Source of the DNA: Candidatus Arthromitus sp. SFB-rat-Yit
Lineage (GTDB): Bacteria; Bacillota; Clostridia; Clostridiales; Clostridiaceae
Assembly: GCF_000283555.1 (NCBI RefSeq)
Contig: NC_016012.1
Span: 690,001 to 722,000, forward strand
Length of the DNA: 32,000 bases
Direction of reading: 5' to 3'
Shown: positions 10,276-18,869 of the stretch, piece by piece
Position numbering within the stretch: the stretch's first letter is position 1
Layout of the letters: each line of letters begins with the position of its first letter
Notes under the pieces: model-generated
The model's database searches: none
What the model was told of the DNA's origin: nothing
What the model saw: only the letters and a program-made list of their open reading frames with translations
Program-made: the position numbers and the translations under genes

Positions 10276-13200
10276 ATGAAAGTTTTAAAAATAGAGGTAT
10301 GGGAAGATGCGAGAAGGGTTTTGGTTTATGTTGAATATGAAGATGATTTTGATAAAGAAGGTCTAAAGGCAAGGCTTAGAAGTCAAGTAGACCGAAATTT
10401 TAATTATGAGATTATTTTGATAAAAATTTTTAACGATAAGTCGATAAATGGATTTTTACATAATAGCTATGAATCATTTCTTGAATATGTTAAAGTTACT
10501 AATCCAATGTTACATCCAATTTTCTCTGTAATGCCTAATTCGGTTGATGATAAGCTGATCTTTACCTCTTCTAACGATTTTTTAATAAGAAGGTTTAATG
10601 AAAATAATACGAATTTAGAACTTGAAGCTTTTATAAAATCTTTTTTTGGTATAGATGTTAAGATAGAAATTATCCATGGAATTCAACATAAAGAGCATAT
10701 TAAAATTAAGGATGATGTTTTTGTTAAAGATAAGAGCACTAATTTTGTTCAAACTGATTCAAATATTTTAAAGAGTAAAGAGAGGCAGATTAAATATTCA
10801 GATGATTGCGTTATTGTTGGGAAACAAATTTCTGAAAGTGCAATTGAAATATCTTCAATTACTATTCCTGAAAAAAATATAGTTATTCAGGGATGTGTTT
10901 TTAATCAGAAAGTTATAACAACTAGAACGGGTAAAGAAATTCTTAATTTTTATATTAATGATGATACTTCATCTATAAATGTAAAATATTTTTTGAAATC
11001 TAAAGATAATGGAGAGATCTTAGATAAAATAAAAAATGATTCTAACATTAAAGTTAAAGGTGAGGTTGTGTTAGATAGATTTACAAATGAGTTGGCTATT
11101 ATTGCGTATAATATTAATTCAATTAATAAGATTGTGCGTAAAGATGTTTATGAAGAAAAGCGTATTGAACTACATACTCATACAAACCTTAGTACTATGG
11201 ATTCTGTAATTAATGTTAATGAACTATTTAAAACTTTAAAAGAGTGGGGGCATAAATCTGTTGCGATCACTGATCATAATGTTGTTCAAGCATATCCTAG
11301 TATCATGGATGCATCTAAAAAATTTGGAGTTAAACCGATTTATGGTATAGAAATTAATATGATTGATGATTTGAAACCTCTTATTAATAATACAGATTGT
11401 AAGACAATTAATGATACTTTTGTTGTTTTTGATATTGAAACTACGGGGTTTTCAAATGTTAGTGAAAAAATAATTGAGATTGGTGCTGTTAAAATTAAAA
11501 ATGGAGAGATTATAGATGAGTTTTCGACTTTTGTTAATCCAGAGAAAGTCATACCATTTAATATCACAGAACTTACATCTATAAGCAATGAGATGGTGGC
11601 ATCTGCTCCTGTTATTGAAGATATTATTGGAAAGTTTTATGATTTTTGTTCTGGAGCTGTACTTGTTGCTCACAACATAGATTTTGATATGTCATTTATT
11701 AGGCGAAATGGTGATAAATTCGGATATAGTTTTAAAAATTCTTTGCTTGATACTATAGACATATGTAAACTTTTGTTTCCAGAACTTAAGAGATATAGGT
11801 TAAATGTGGTTGCGAAACATTTGGCTATACCTCTTGATAATCATCATAGGGCGGTGGATGATGCTAGAGCAACTGCGATCATTTTGATTAAATGTTTTGA
11901 AATTTTAAAATCACGGGAAATTTTGAGTTTAGATGATTTGAATAAAGAGTATAAAGAAAACATAGGAACATCAAAATTCTTTACATATCAAGCTATATTG
12001 CTTGCAAAAGATTATACGGGATTAAAAAATATATATAAGCTTGTGTCTAAAGGGCATTTGGAATATTTTTTCAAAACATCAAGGATTCCAAAGAGTGAGA
12101 TATTAAAGCATCGGGAAGGTATATTAATAGGTTCATCTTTTAGGGAGGGTGAAATATTTAAGGGGATTACTGATTATTTGGACAAGGATAGAATTGATAA
12201 TTTGGTAAATTTTTATGATTATTTTGAAGTTTCTCCACCTATTAATTGCACTGAGCAAATTAAATCTGAGAGATTTAAAGATCATAAAGAAATTGAAGAT
12301 ATTGTCTTTGAAATTTATAATTTGGGGAAAAATAATGGGAAGTTAGTTGTTGGAGTTTCAAATGCTCATTACATAGAAAAGAAAGATAATATTTATAGAA
12401 ATATTTTGAGGGTTTGCCAGAATTTTAAGGTTAATTTGGATGATACAAGTTTGTATTTGAGAACTACGGATGAAATGTTTGAAGAATTTAAGTTTTTACC
12501 AAAAGATATAAGAAATGAAATTATAATTTCAAATCCAAATAAAATCAATGATATGATTGATGAAATTTTGCCAATACCAAATGGGACTTTTCCTCCTAAA
12601 ATAGATGGAGCAGATAATGAAATAAGAACTATGACTTATGAAAAGGCACATTCTATTTATGGAGAAAATCTTCATCAAATAATAAAAGATCGACTTGATA
12701 AGGAATTGAATTCAATTATATCAAATGGTTATGCTGTGCTTTATTTAATCGCACATAAGCTTGTTAAAAAGTCATTAGATGATGGATATTTGGTTGGATC
12801 AAGGGGGTCTGTTGGTTCTTCAATTGTTGCGACATTTTGTGGAATAACGGAAGTTAATGGACTTCCACCTCATTATGTTTGTTCAGAATGTAAACATACA
12901 GAATTTATATCAGATGGTAGTGTAAATGCAGGGGTGGATTTGCCACCTAAAAATTGTGTGAAGTGTGGTACTGAATATTTAAGGGATGGATTCGATATCC
13001 CTTTTGAAACATTCTTGGGATTTGACGGAGATAAAGAGCCAGATATTGATTTAAATTTTTCGGGAGAGTATCAACCATTGGTACATAAATACACTGAGGA
13101 ATTATTTGGTAAAGGTTATGTTTTTAGAGCTGGAACTATTGGAACTATAGCTGATAAAACAGCCTATGGATACGTTAAAAAATATTTAGAGGAAATGAAT

Positions 13201-14472
13201 ATTACTGTACCTCAGCCAGAGATTGAAAGATTGTCTAAAGGTCTAACTGGAGTTAAAAGAACAACCGGTCAACATCCAGGAGGTATAATGGTTGTCCCTA
13301 AAGATAATGATATTTTTAATTTTACACCAATACAACATCCTGCGGATGATATTGAGGCTGATGTAATAACAACACATTTTGATTACCATTCTATAAGTGG
13401 TCGTTTGCTTAAACTTGATATTCTTGGACATGATGATCCTACTATGCTTAAGATGCTTAAAGATTTGACTGGATTAAATCCTCAAGAGATACCATTGAAT
13501 GATGAAAAAGTTCTTAGTTTATTTACTGGGGTATCTGCACTTAATATGGATAGTGGATATATAGATTGCTCTGTTGGGACGCTTGGGATTCCTGAATTTG
13601 GAACTAAATTTGTTCGTCAGATGTTACTTGATACAAAGCCAACTACATTTTCGGATCTTGTGAGAATATCTGGTTTATCACATGGGACTGATGTTTGGAT
13701 CAATAATGCACAAGAATTTATTATGAAAGGATATACAACTTTGAAAGATTGTATATCAACAAGAGATGACATAATGGTTTATTTAGTTTATAAGGGATTA
13801 CCGGCTAAAAAAGCATTTGATATTATGGAAAGTGTACGTAAAGGTAAGGGTTTAACGCAAGAATATGAGGAGATAATGGCAGAAAATAAAATAGAATCTT
13901 GGTATATTGAATCTTGCAGAAGAATTAAGTATATGTTCCCTAAAGGTCACGCTGTGGCTTATGTTATGATGGCTGTTAGAATTGCTTATTATAAAGTTTA
14001 TTATCCTATTGAGTATTATACAGCTTATTGTACTGTTAGAGCTGATGAGTTTGATGCAGATTTAATTTGTAATGGAGCAGATCTTATTAAAGAAAGGATT
14101 GGTCAATTAAATGCTTTAGGAAATAATTTAACTCAGAAAGATAAGGGACTTTTAACCATACTTGAAATAGCGTTAGAAGCATATTCACGAGGTATTAAAT
14201 TTCATAAAGTTGATTTGTATAGATCGCATTATAATGATTTTAAAATAGAGGATGGCGGGATACTCCCACCTATTAAAGCATTGCAGGGCGTTGGATTAAC
14301 TGCTTCAAAAAATTTATACGATGCGAGTAGGTTTTGTGAATTTATATCTATTCAAGATTTGAAAAATAGAGCAAAGGTATCTAAAACTGTAATTGAGACA
14401 CTTCAATCTCATGGATGTATAAAGGATTTACCAGAGAATAATCAATTATCTATGAATTTAGATATTTTTTAA
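10276..14472 (+). CDS. polC: DNA polymerase III PolC-type (Gram-positive replicative polymerase, with PHP and 3'-5' exonuclease domains)
   Basis: PHP motif HTHTNLSTMDS, exonuclease FVVFDIETTGFS, polymerase segment PDIDLNFSGEYQ, and HPGGIMVVP. ATG 10276 is preferred over track start GTG 10261. Confidence 0.97.
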   Translation: MKVLKIEVWEDARRVLVYVEYEDDFDKEGLKARLRSQVDRNFNYEIILIKIFNDKSINGFLHNSYESFLEYVKVTNPMLHPIFSVMPNSVDDKLIFTSSNDFLIRRFNENNTNLELEAFIKSFFGIDVKIEIIHGIQHKEHIKIKDDVFVKDKSTNFVQTDSNILKSKERQIKYSDDCVIVGKQISESAIEISSITIPEKNIVIQGCVFNQKVITTRTGKEILNFYINDDTSSINVKYFLKSKDNGEILDKIKNDSNIKVKGEVVLDRFTNELAIIAYNINSINKIVRKDVYEEKRIELHTHTNLSTMDSVINVNELFKTLKEWGHKSVAITDHNVVQAYPSIMDASKKFGVKPIYGIEINMIDDLKPLINNTDCKTINDTFVVFDIETTGFSNVSEKIIEIGAVKIKNGEIIDEFSTFVNPEKVIPFNITELTSISNEMVASAPVIEDIIGKFYDFCSGAVLVAHNIDFDMSFIRRNGDKFGYSFKNSLLDTIDICKLLFPELKRYRLNVVAKHLAIPLDNHHRAVDDARATAIILIKCFEILKSREILSLDDLNKEYKENIGTSKFFTYQAILLAKDYTGLKNIYKLVSKGHLEYFFKTSRIPKSEILKHREGILIGSSFREGEIFKGITDYLDKDRIDNLVNFYDYFEVSPPINCTEQIKSERFKDHKEIEDIVFEIYNLGKNNGKLVVGVSNAHYIEKKDNIYRNILRVCQNFKVNLDDTSLYLRTTDEMFEEFKFLPKDIRNEIIISNPNKINDMIDEILPIPNGTFPPKIDGADNEIRTMTYEKAHSIYGENLHQIIKDRLDKELNSIISNGYAVLYLIAHKLVKKSLDDGYLVGSRGSVGSSIVATFCGITEVNGLPPHYVCSECKHTEFISDGSVNAGVDLPPKNCVKCGTEYLRDGFDIPFETFLGFDGDKEPDIDLNFSGEYQPLVHKYTEELFGKGYVFRAGTIGTIADKTAYGYVKKYLEEMNITVPQPEIERLSKGLTGVKRTTGQHPGGIMVVPKDNDIFNFTPIQHPADDIEADVITTHFDYHSISGRLLKLDILGHDDPTMLKMLKDLTGLNPQEIPLNDEKVLSLFTGVSALNMDSGYIDCSVGTLGIPEFGTKFVRQMLLDTKPTTFSDLVRISGLSHGTDVWINNAQEFIMKGYTTLKDCISTRDDIMVYLVYKGLPAKKAFDIMESVRKGKGLTQEYEEIMAENKIESWYIESCRRIKYMFPKGHAVAYVMMAVRIAYYKVYYPIEYYTAYCTVRADEFDADLICNGADLIKERIGQLNALGNNLTQKDKGLLTILEIALEAYSRGIKFHKVDLYRSHYNDFKIEDGGILPPIKALQGVGLTASKNLYDASRFCEFISIQDLKNRAKVSKTVIETLQSHGCIKDLPENNQLSMNLDIF

Positions 14473-15126
14473 AAGTTCAAATTTATTTTTGTGAAATTTA
14501 ATAAGTCCTTCATCCCTCATTTTACATAAAATGTTAGATAAAGCACTTCTATCAACTGATAAATAATCAGCTAACTCTTGACGATTGAATGGTATTTTAA
14601 AAGTATTGTTTTTAAATAATATAGCACACTCAGAAAGATAAGATAATATTTTTTCTCGTGTGCTTTTTTGTGTTATATGCTTTATCTTGCGAGTTAGTGT
14701 TACGTTTTTATTTGCAAGCATTTTAACTAAATTCTGAATAAGAATTTTGTGAAATTTGCAGGAGAATGTATATATTGTTAAAAGTTTATTGCAGTCAATT
14801 AATAAGATGTTGCTATTTTCTCGTGCTATTATTGAAATAGGAAGAGAGTTTACGTCTGCGTATGAAAATGATTCTGCAAAAACTTCTCCTGTTTGTAATA
14901 CTGAAAAAATTGTACGTTTTCCCCAATAGTCTTCTTGAATAATATTGGCACTTCCTGATAAAACAATGCCAATATATTGAGGTTTGTCTTCCATATTTAA
15001 AATGGATACGCCTTTTTTGACATTTAAAAATTTTGCATTTAAAGAAGAAAGTACATAATTTAAGTCATTTTCTTGTATATCTTTAAAAATTAAACATTCT
15101 TTTAGTATAGATAAATAATTTTTCAT
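14458..15126 (-). CDS. Crp/Fnr-family transcriptional regulator, candidate regulator of the divergent hcp gene
   Basis: Cyclic-nucleotide-binding-like N-terminal domain plus HTH NRQELADYLSVDRSALSNILCKMRDEGLI. Start set at ATG 15126 because GGGAGAAG precedes it; the track start 15168 would place the operator-like palindrome inside the coding region. Confidence 0.88.
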   Translation of the reverse strand: MKNYLSILKECLIFKDIQENDLNYVLSSLNAKFLNVKKGVSILNMEDKPQYIGIVLSGSANIIQEDYWGKRTIFSVLQTGEVFAESFSYADVNSLPISIIARENSNILLIDCNKLLTIYTFSCKFHKILIQNLVKMLANKNVTLTRKIKHITQKSTREKILSYLSECAILFKNNTFKIPFNRQELADYLSVDRSALSNILCKMRDEGLIKFHKNKFELLKNI

Positions 15127-15139
15127 TTTTTCTTCTCCC

Positions 15140-15153
15140 GTTGTTTTAACAAC
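15140..15153. promoter_or_regulatory. Candidate Crp/Fnr-type operator
   Basis: Inverted repeat GTTGT-TTTA-ACAAC between the divergent regulator and hcp. It is centred 41.5 bp upstream of the hcp start predicted from TATAAT at 15176-15181. Confidence 0.5.
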
Positions 15154-15168
15154 TAAAAATTTTTTCAT

Positions 15169-15197
15169 AGTGTAGTATAATGAAAACTTAAAGTCAA
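15169..15197 (-). promoter_or_regulatory. Candidate promoter of the Crp/Fnr gene
   Basis: On the minus strand: TTGACT (15197-15192), 17-nt spacer, TACACT (15174-15169). Confidence 0.4.
15176..15181 (+). promoter_or_regulatory. Candidate -10 element of hcp
   Basis: Perfect TATAAT without a recognisable -35 at the standard distance, as expected of an activator-dependent promoter. Confidence 0.5.
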
Positions 15198-15227
15198 GTT
15201 AATTATGAGAATTAATGGAGGATTTTT

Positions 15228-15701
15228 ATGAAAGAAATGTTTTGCTTTCAATGCGAGCAGACAGCTATGGGAGAAGGATGTACTGGAAGATCAGGTATAT
15301 GTGGGAAACAAAATCATATAGCTAATATTCAAGATAAATTAACAGTAGATTTAATTGAATTATCACAAATTGTAAATGATTGTAAAAAAACAGATAAGAT
15401 TGATCGTTTGATATTAGAAGGATTATTTACAACAGTAACTAATGTTAATTTTGATGAGGAATCTATTCAAAATTTAATTAAAGAGATTGAAAATATAAAA
15501 AAATCATTGTTACAAGAAAATTTTAGAAATAAATTTGAGTTTAATTTTGATATATTTTCAGTATGGAATGATGATGAAGATATTAGATCTTTAAAATCAT
15601 TAATTTTGTTTGGTATTCGCGGGATGGCCGCATATACTTATCATGCTTATTTGCTTGGATATACAGATAGAAAAGTATTAGATTTTTTTATAAAGCTATG
15701 A
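15228..15701 (+). CDS. hcp: Hydroxylamine reductase / hybrid cluster protein, N-terminal part (frame interrupted at a T7 run)
   Basis: MFCFQCEQTAMGEGCTGRSGICGKQ holds the four N-terminal cluster cysteines. The frame terminates at 15701 where the next ORF continues the Hcp sequence. Confidence 0.93.
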   Translation: MKEMFCFQCEQTAMGEGCTGRSGICGKQNHIANIQDKLTVDLIELSQIVNDCKKTDKIDRLILEGLFTTVTNVNFDEESIQNLIKEIENIKKSLLQENFRNKFEFNFDIFSVWNDDEDIRSLKSLILFGIRGMAAYTYHAYLLGYTDRKVLDFFIKL

Positions 15702-16816
15702 TTGCCTTATTCAGTGATTTAAGTTCAAATGAATTATTTAATTTAGTTATTGAAACAGGTAAGATTAATTTAAAGTGTATTGATTTGTTTAATAGAGCCA
15801 ATACTGAAAGTTATGGAATACCAAAACCTACTCTTGTTCCGCTAACAATTGAGAAAGGTCCGTTTATAGTAATTAGTGGACATGATTTACTTGATTTGAA
15901 GTTACTTTTAGAACAAACAAAAGGTAAAGGGATTAACATTTATACACATGGAGAAATGTTACCAGCACATGGATATCCAAAATTGAAAGAATATTCTTAT
16001 TTAAAAGGTAATTTTGGTACAGCATGGCAAAATCAACAAAAAGAATTTGAAAATATACCTGCACCGATTTTATTTACAACAAATTGTATTATGCCTGTAA
16101 AAGATAGTTATTATGATAGAGTTTTCACTACAAATGTCGTGGCATACCCTGGAATGAAACATATTGATAATAAAAAAGATTTTACACCTGTAATTGATAA
16201 ATCGCTTGAACTTGCAGGATATAATAAAGAATATATTATAAAAGGTATTAATGGAGGAAGTATAGTAAGTACTGGTTTTTCTCATGGATTTGTTTTATCG
16301 ATTTTAGATAAAGTAATTAATGGTGTTAAATCTGGGGTAATTAAACATATTTTTTTAGTTGGAGGATGTGACGGAGCTAAAATAGGACGAAACTATTATA
16401 CTGATTTTGTTAAAAATACTCCAGATGATACTATTATTTTTACGTTGGGTTGTGCTAAATATCGTTTCAATGATCTAGATCTTGGTGAAATTAATGGAAT
16501 ACCTAGGATTATGGATATGGGACAATGCAATGATGCTTATTCAGCGATTCGAGTTGTATTAGCTTTAGCACAGACACTTGAGTGTGATGTGAATGACTTG
16601 CCTATTACATTAGTATTATCCTGGTATGAGCAAAAAGCTGTGGCTATTTTACTTACATTGCTATCACTAAATATTAAAAATATTTTTATTGGTCCTAGTT
16701 TACCTGCTTTTATCTCAAAAAATATATTGAATGTTCTTATTGAAAAATATAATATTACACTAATTTCTACAGTTGAAGAAGACTTAAATAGTATATTAAA
16801 GTGTATACAGTTCTAA
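15698..16816 (+). CDS. hcp: Hydroxylamine reductase / hybrid cluster protein, C-terminal part
   Basis: Contains ISGHD, THGEMLPAHGYP, TTNCIMP, GGCDGAK, FTLGCAKYRF and GQCNDAYSA, the hybrid-cluster ligand segments. It overlaps the preceding ORF by ATGA. Confidence 0.94.
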   Translation: MIALFSDLSSNELFNLVIETGKINLKCIDLFNRANTESYGIPKPTLVPLTIEKGPFIVISGHDLLDLKLLLEQTKGKGINIYTHGEMLPAHGYPKLKEYSYLKGNFGTAWQNQQKEFENIPAPILFTTNCIMPVKDSYYDRVFTTNVVAYPGMKHIDNKKDFTPVIDKSLELAGYNKEYIIKGINGGSIVSTGFSHGFVLSILDKVINGVKSGVIKHIFLVGGCDGAKIGRNYYTDFVKNTPDDTIIFTLGCAKYRFNDLDLGEINGIPRIMDMGQCNDAYSAIRVVLALAQTLECDVNDLPITLVLSWYEQKAVAILLTLLSLNIKNIFIGPSLPAFISKNILNVLIEKYNITLISTVEEDLNSILKCIQF

Positions 16817-16826
16817 TATTTAATAG

Positions 16827-16855
16827 TTGCAATGATAATATAATTGTGCTATAAT
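16827..16855 (+). promoter_or_regulatory. Candidate promoter for the rimP-nusA-infB operon
   Basis: TTGCAA (16827-16832), 17-nt spacer, perfect TATAAT (16850-16855). Confidence 0.6.
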
Positions 16856-16891
16856 CCAAAAATAAGATGTTTATTTACATTATTTATTTGA

Positions 16892-16945
16892 GGGAGAGTA
16901 GGTCTTAATGCCTACTCTCCCTGTATTTTACGATGTAAAATTTTT
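16892..16945 (+). terminator. Tandem hairpins between the promoter and rimP, candidate attenuator or terminator pair
   Basis: GGGAGAGTAGG (16892-16902) and CCTACTCTCCC (16911-16921) form a perfect 11-bp stem. ATTTTAC-GAT-GTAAAAT (16925-16941) forms a second stem followed by TTTT. Confidence 0.6.
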
Positions 16946-16967
16946 ATAATAAAAGAGGAAGGTAGTT

Positions 16968-17429
16968 TTGGATAGTTTGGTTAACTTGATTAGAGAAAAT
17001 ATTAGTAGCACTATAAATGATATAGGATATAAAATTTATCATATTGAGTATGTGAATGAGTTGGGTCACAATTATCTAAGGGTGATGATTAACCATAATG
17101 ATATAAGCGAGAAAATCACTATTAAAGATTGTGAAATTGTTGCGAAAACTATCAATCTTATTATAGATGATCTCGACATAAAGGATAAATTTTTTTTAGA
17201 AGTGTCTTCTCCTGGGATTAATAGAAAGTTATATACTCTAGATCAAATGAAGGACGTAATAAATGAGCGGGTTTGTGTTAGATTGATTAAAAGTTTTGAG
17301 GGAGATAAAAAATATATTGGAACTCTAATTGATGTAAGTAATCGTAGTATTAAAATTAAAATTGAAGATAAAGAATTAGAATTTGACCTTGATATGGTAA
17401 AAAATATAAATTTAGAGGAAATATCTTAG
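16968..17429 (+). CDS. rimP: Ribosome maturation factor RimP
   Basis: YVNELGHNYLRVMI...DKFFLEVSSPGINRKLY; TTG start downstream of GAGGAAGG. Confidence 0.94.
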   Translation: MDSLVNLIRENISSTINDIGYKIYHIEYVNELGHNYLRVMINHNDISEKITIKDCEIVAKTINLIIDDLDIKDKFFLEVSSPGINRKLYTLDQMKDVINERVCVRLIKSFEGDKKYIGTLIDVSNRSIKIKIEDKELEFDLDMVKNINLEEIS

Positions 17430-17439
17430 GGGGATATCC

Positions 17440-18585
17440 ATGAATAAAGAATTTATAGATGCACTTAAAATTATAGTTAAAGATAAAGGAATCAGTGAAG
17501 ATTTAATCTTCACAACAATAGAGGATGCTCTTATCGCAGCATATAAGAAAAACTATGCTAATCAAGGAGCCTCTCAAAATGTAAAAGTAACGATGAATAG
17601 AGTTACTGGTGAAATAAAAGTTTTTGCACAGAAATTAATTGTGGAATCGATTCGATATTCTTCTTTGGAAATTATTTTAGATGATGCTCAAAAAATAAGT
17701 CCCTATTATAATATTGGAGATATATGTGATGTTGAGGTTACTCCAAAAAGCTTTGGACGTGTTGCAGCTACGCTTGCAAAGCAAGTAGTAACTCAAAGGA
17801 TTAAGGAAGCAGAACGTGATTTGTTATACAAGGAGTATGTGAAAAAAGAATTTCAAATTATAACAGGTAAAGTTCTTCGTAATGATAAAGATCATGTATT
17901 TATAAATATAGGGCGTATTGAAACCATTTTAAGAACAAGTGACAAAATTCCAAAAGAAAAATTTATGATGAATGAGAAAATAAAACTTTATGTTTCAGAG
18001 GTTATTAATTCACCAAAAGGAACTCAAGTTCATGTTTCGAGAACTGATCCAAATTTTGTAAAAAAATTATTTGAATTGGAAGTTAGTGAAATACAAGAAG
18101 GTATCGTTGAAATTAAAAATATTGTTCGTGAAGCGGGTGCTAGAACAAAAATGTCAGTTTTTTCTAATATGGAAGAGGTTGATCCTGTAGGAGCGTGTGT
18201 TGGAGAGCAAGGTCTTAGAGTAAGAAATGTTGTTAATGAACTTAAAAATGAAAAGATTGATATTATAAAATGGAGTGAGGATCCTGAAGTATACATATCA
18301 AATGCCTTGAATCCCGCTAGTATATATAAGATTTCGCTTGACTCAGAAAAGAAATTAGCCGATGTTATAGTTGATGATTCCCAACTTTCTTTAGCTATAG
18401 GTAAGGAAGGGCAAAATGTAAGGTTGGCCGCTAAATTAACTGGATGGAAGATAGATATAAAGGCATTATCAAAAGTTGAAAATTCTTTACATGAAAGTAA
18501 TGCAAAAGAGGAAGAGATTTATGGAAATAATATTGTCGATGTTAATGAGGAGATAATTCAAGAGGAAATAGTTAATGAAAAATAA
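17440..18585 (+). CDS. nusA: Transcription termination/antitermination protein NusA
   Basis: NusA N-terminal domain, S1 region, KH signature VGACVGEQGLRVRNVVNELKNEKIDIIKW and AIGKEGQNVRLAAKLTGWKIDI. Confidence 0.97.
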   Translation: MNKEFIDALKIIVKDKGISEDLIFTTIEDALIAAYKKNYANQGASQNVKVTMNRVTGEIKVFAQKLIVESIRYSSLEIILDDAQKISPYYNIGDICDVEVTPKSFGRVAATLAKQVVTQRIKEAERDLLYKEYVKKEFQIITGKVLRNDKDHVFINIGRIETILRTSDKIPKEKFMMNEKIKLYVSEVINSPKGTQVHVSRTDPNFVKKLFELEVSEIQEGIVEIKNIVREAGARTKMSVFSNMEEVDPVGACVGEQGLRVRNVVNELKNEKIDIIKWSEDPEVYISNALNPASIYKISLDSEKKLADVIVDDSQLSLAIGKEGQNVRLAAKLTGWKIDIKALSKVENSLHESNAKEEEIYGNNIVDVNEEIIQEEIVNEK

Positions 18586-18844
18586 AGAAGTTTTACTTAG
18601 AAAATGTATCGGATGCAATGAACGACGTAACAAATATGAACTAATAAGAATATGTAGGACTCCTGACAAAACAATTAAAGTCGATGAAACTTGTAAAGCG
18701 GATGGCAGAGGAGTATATGTTTGTAAAGATAATTTAAAGTGTTTAGATAAAAGTATTAAGTTTAATAAGATTTGTAGATCTTTAAAAATAGAAATTCCGC
18801 TAGAGATTATAAATGAATTACAAAAGAAATTAGAAAAAATTTAG
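18575..18844 (+). CDS. ylxR: YlxR family RNA-binding/nucleoid-associated protein
   Basis: [20 protein letters not shown]...[20 protein letters not shown]. Confidence 0.93.
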   Translation: MKNKEVLLRKCIGCNERRNKYELIRICRTPDKTIKVDETCKADGRGVYVCKDNLKCLDKSIKFNKICRSLKIEIPLEIINELQKKLEKI

Positions 18845-18869
18845 AATTTATATTAGGGAGGTAGATTTT

